From Psammoneis japonica (lineage: Eukaryota), in assembly GCA_008632985.1 (NCBI GenBank), contig QPGO01000132.1, positions 62,001 to 126,000 of the forward strand: a stretch of 64,000 nt of DNA. Reading direction: 5' to 3'. The notes beneath the pieces are model-generated. The model was not told the DNA's origin. It was given only the letters and a program-made list of their open reading frames with translations, and made no database searches. Positions 62,812 through 64,000 of this stretch are shown here, in pieces. The position numbers were made by a program, and so were the translations under genes. Position 1 is the stretch's first letter; each line of letters opens with the position of its first letter.

Positions 62812-63709
62812 TTAGGTTGCCTTGACGATGTACGAGAGCTTGGGAAACTCCTTTTCCAAATATGCATTTCCCTGGTTCTGGATTTTGCCTTGATTTGGTT
62901 TCTCACCATAGCCGTTAAAGATTTTATCGACCACGTCCATGCCGCTGTAAGAAGAACGAAACAGGAAGTATCTCTTATGAGATCAACTCACAAATACTTG
63001 AAAAGCTAACACCAACATAAACTGTTACTCACCTAACGACTTCCCCAATCGGACTGAAACCTTGTTCATCTAGAAACTTGTTTCCACCCTCTCGTGTACT
63101 AGTATTGATAAACATTTGAGTGGTGCGCGTGTTGGGCCCGGATGTGGCAAACGTGACGGTACCACGCGCGTTGGTTTGTTTGACGGGATCGTCCTTTAAG
63201 TTCTTGTTCCGCCATTCCCGCTGAGTGGCGGGATCGCCATTGATTCCAAACTGCACAATAAAGTTATCCACCACACGAAAGAAACGGCAGCCGTCCCAAA
63301 ATCCTGCGTCCGTAAGCTCTTCAAACCGCTCAACTCCAATGGGTGCCCACTCGGGACGGGTCTCCACGACAAAGGTACCGACGCTGCCCTCGTTGCCATT
63401 GAGATTGGAAATCTCAAACTCAATCATCCTTCCTCCAGAATCAGTCTTACCACCACCATAAGTTGCGTCGCCTCGAACTTGTTTCTTTTGCGTAGACGTT
63501 TTTGTCAGCACGACAACCATCACCACAACTAAACAAAAGGTTCCCAGAATCAACGCTGTCCGTAAGAGGGACCTGCTCTTGTTATTGGGCCGCTTGATGG
63601 ACGTCATTTCCTCTTGGATAAAAATACCGTCCTCCTCTTCTTCTGCTTCTTCCGGTTCTTCTTGCTCGAGCGGTTGCATCGGCGCTGCGGCTGCGGCTGC
63701 TGTGGTCAT
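62812..63709 (-). CDS. Cyclophilin-type peptidyl-prolyl isomerase with N-terminal TM anchor; exons 63709-63033 and 62944-62812
   Basis: [31 protein letters not shown]. The spliced join [19 protein letters not shown] is in frame. Confidence 0.92.
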
Positions 63710-64000
63710 TGTCTCGCGGCAGTCGGCCGGCAGACGACAGATTTCAGGATTTCACAATTTCAGAGATAAATGAAAAGCCTTGCGTAGCGCTCTGGAGAGC
63801 TCGCACTTATGAATTTGACTCACTCGATTGAACAAAATAATTGACGTTGAACGTTGCGGCTGGCGCGCTTTTTTCCAACGGCTAGATTTGGATTTTCTGG
63901 TCCTGCTACTTCGACTTCTGACAGCATCATCAATCATCACAAAGCACATGTATTTGTTCGTGCAACCCCCGGCATTGACAGCAAGAACATACAAGCGATT

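Overview
Eukaryotic, intron-containing window, most likely from a diatom (inferred from a DUF6824-like ORF, CoDi-like copia and Ambal-like non-LTR relics, and a bipartite plastid-type presequence). About two thirds is ordinary gene space: a full-size ABCG/PDR transporter, two CDPK paralogues, a CDK-like pseudokinase, a multicopper oxidase, a Nudix hydrolase, a subtilisin with chitin-binding modules, a DP transcription factor, PrmA, a 2OG-Fe(II)/ankyrin protein, a DnaJ protein, two MATH-BTB genes, a cyclophilin, and two identical dispersed 5S rRNA genes. Roughly 20 kb (blocks ~6215-7570, ~17310-19135, ~35520-44700, ~52890-60900) is transposon debris in which BOTH palindromic dinucleotides CpG and TpA are almost erased and replaced by TpG/CpA. 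Four internal controls point to a targeted, repeat-associated hypermutation process with a TpA->TpG/CpA (A>G) arm, the opposite polarity of fungal RIP: Tyr->His/Cys at conserved retroelement positions, TG/CA swaps between tandem copies, mutated versus unmutated paralogous flanks, and an unmutated MITE nested inside a mutated block. This is the main candidate for an undescribed system. Many genes carry 1-bp deletions in short homopolymers, which look like long-read consensus errors. All dinucleotide statements are by eye, not computed.
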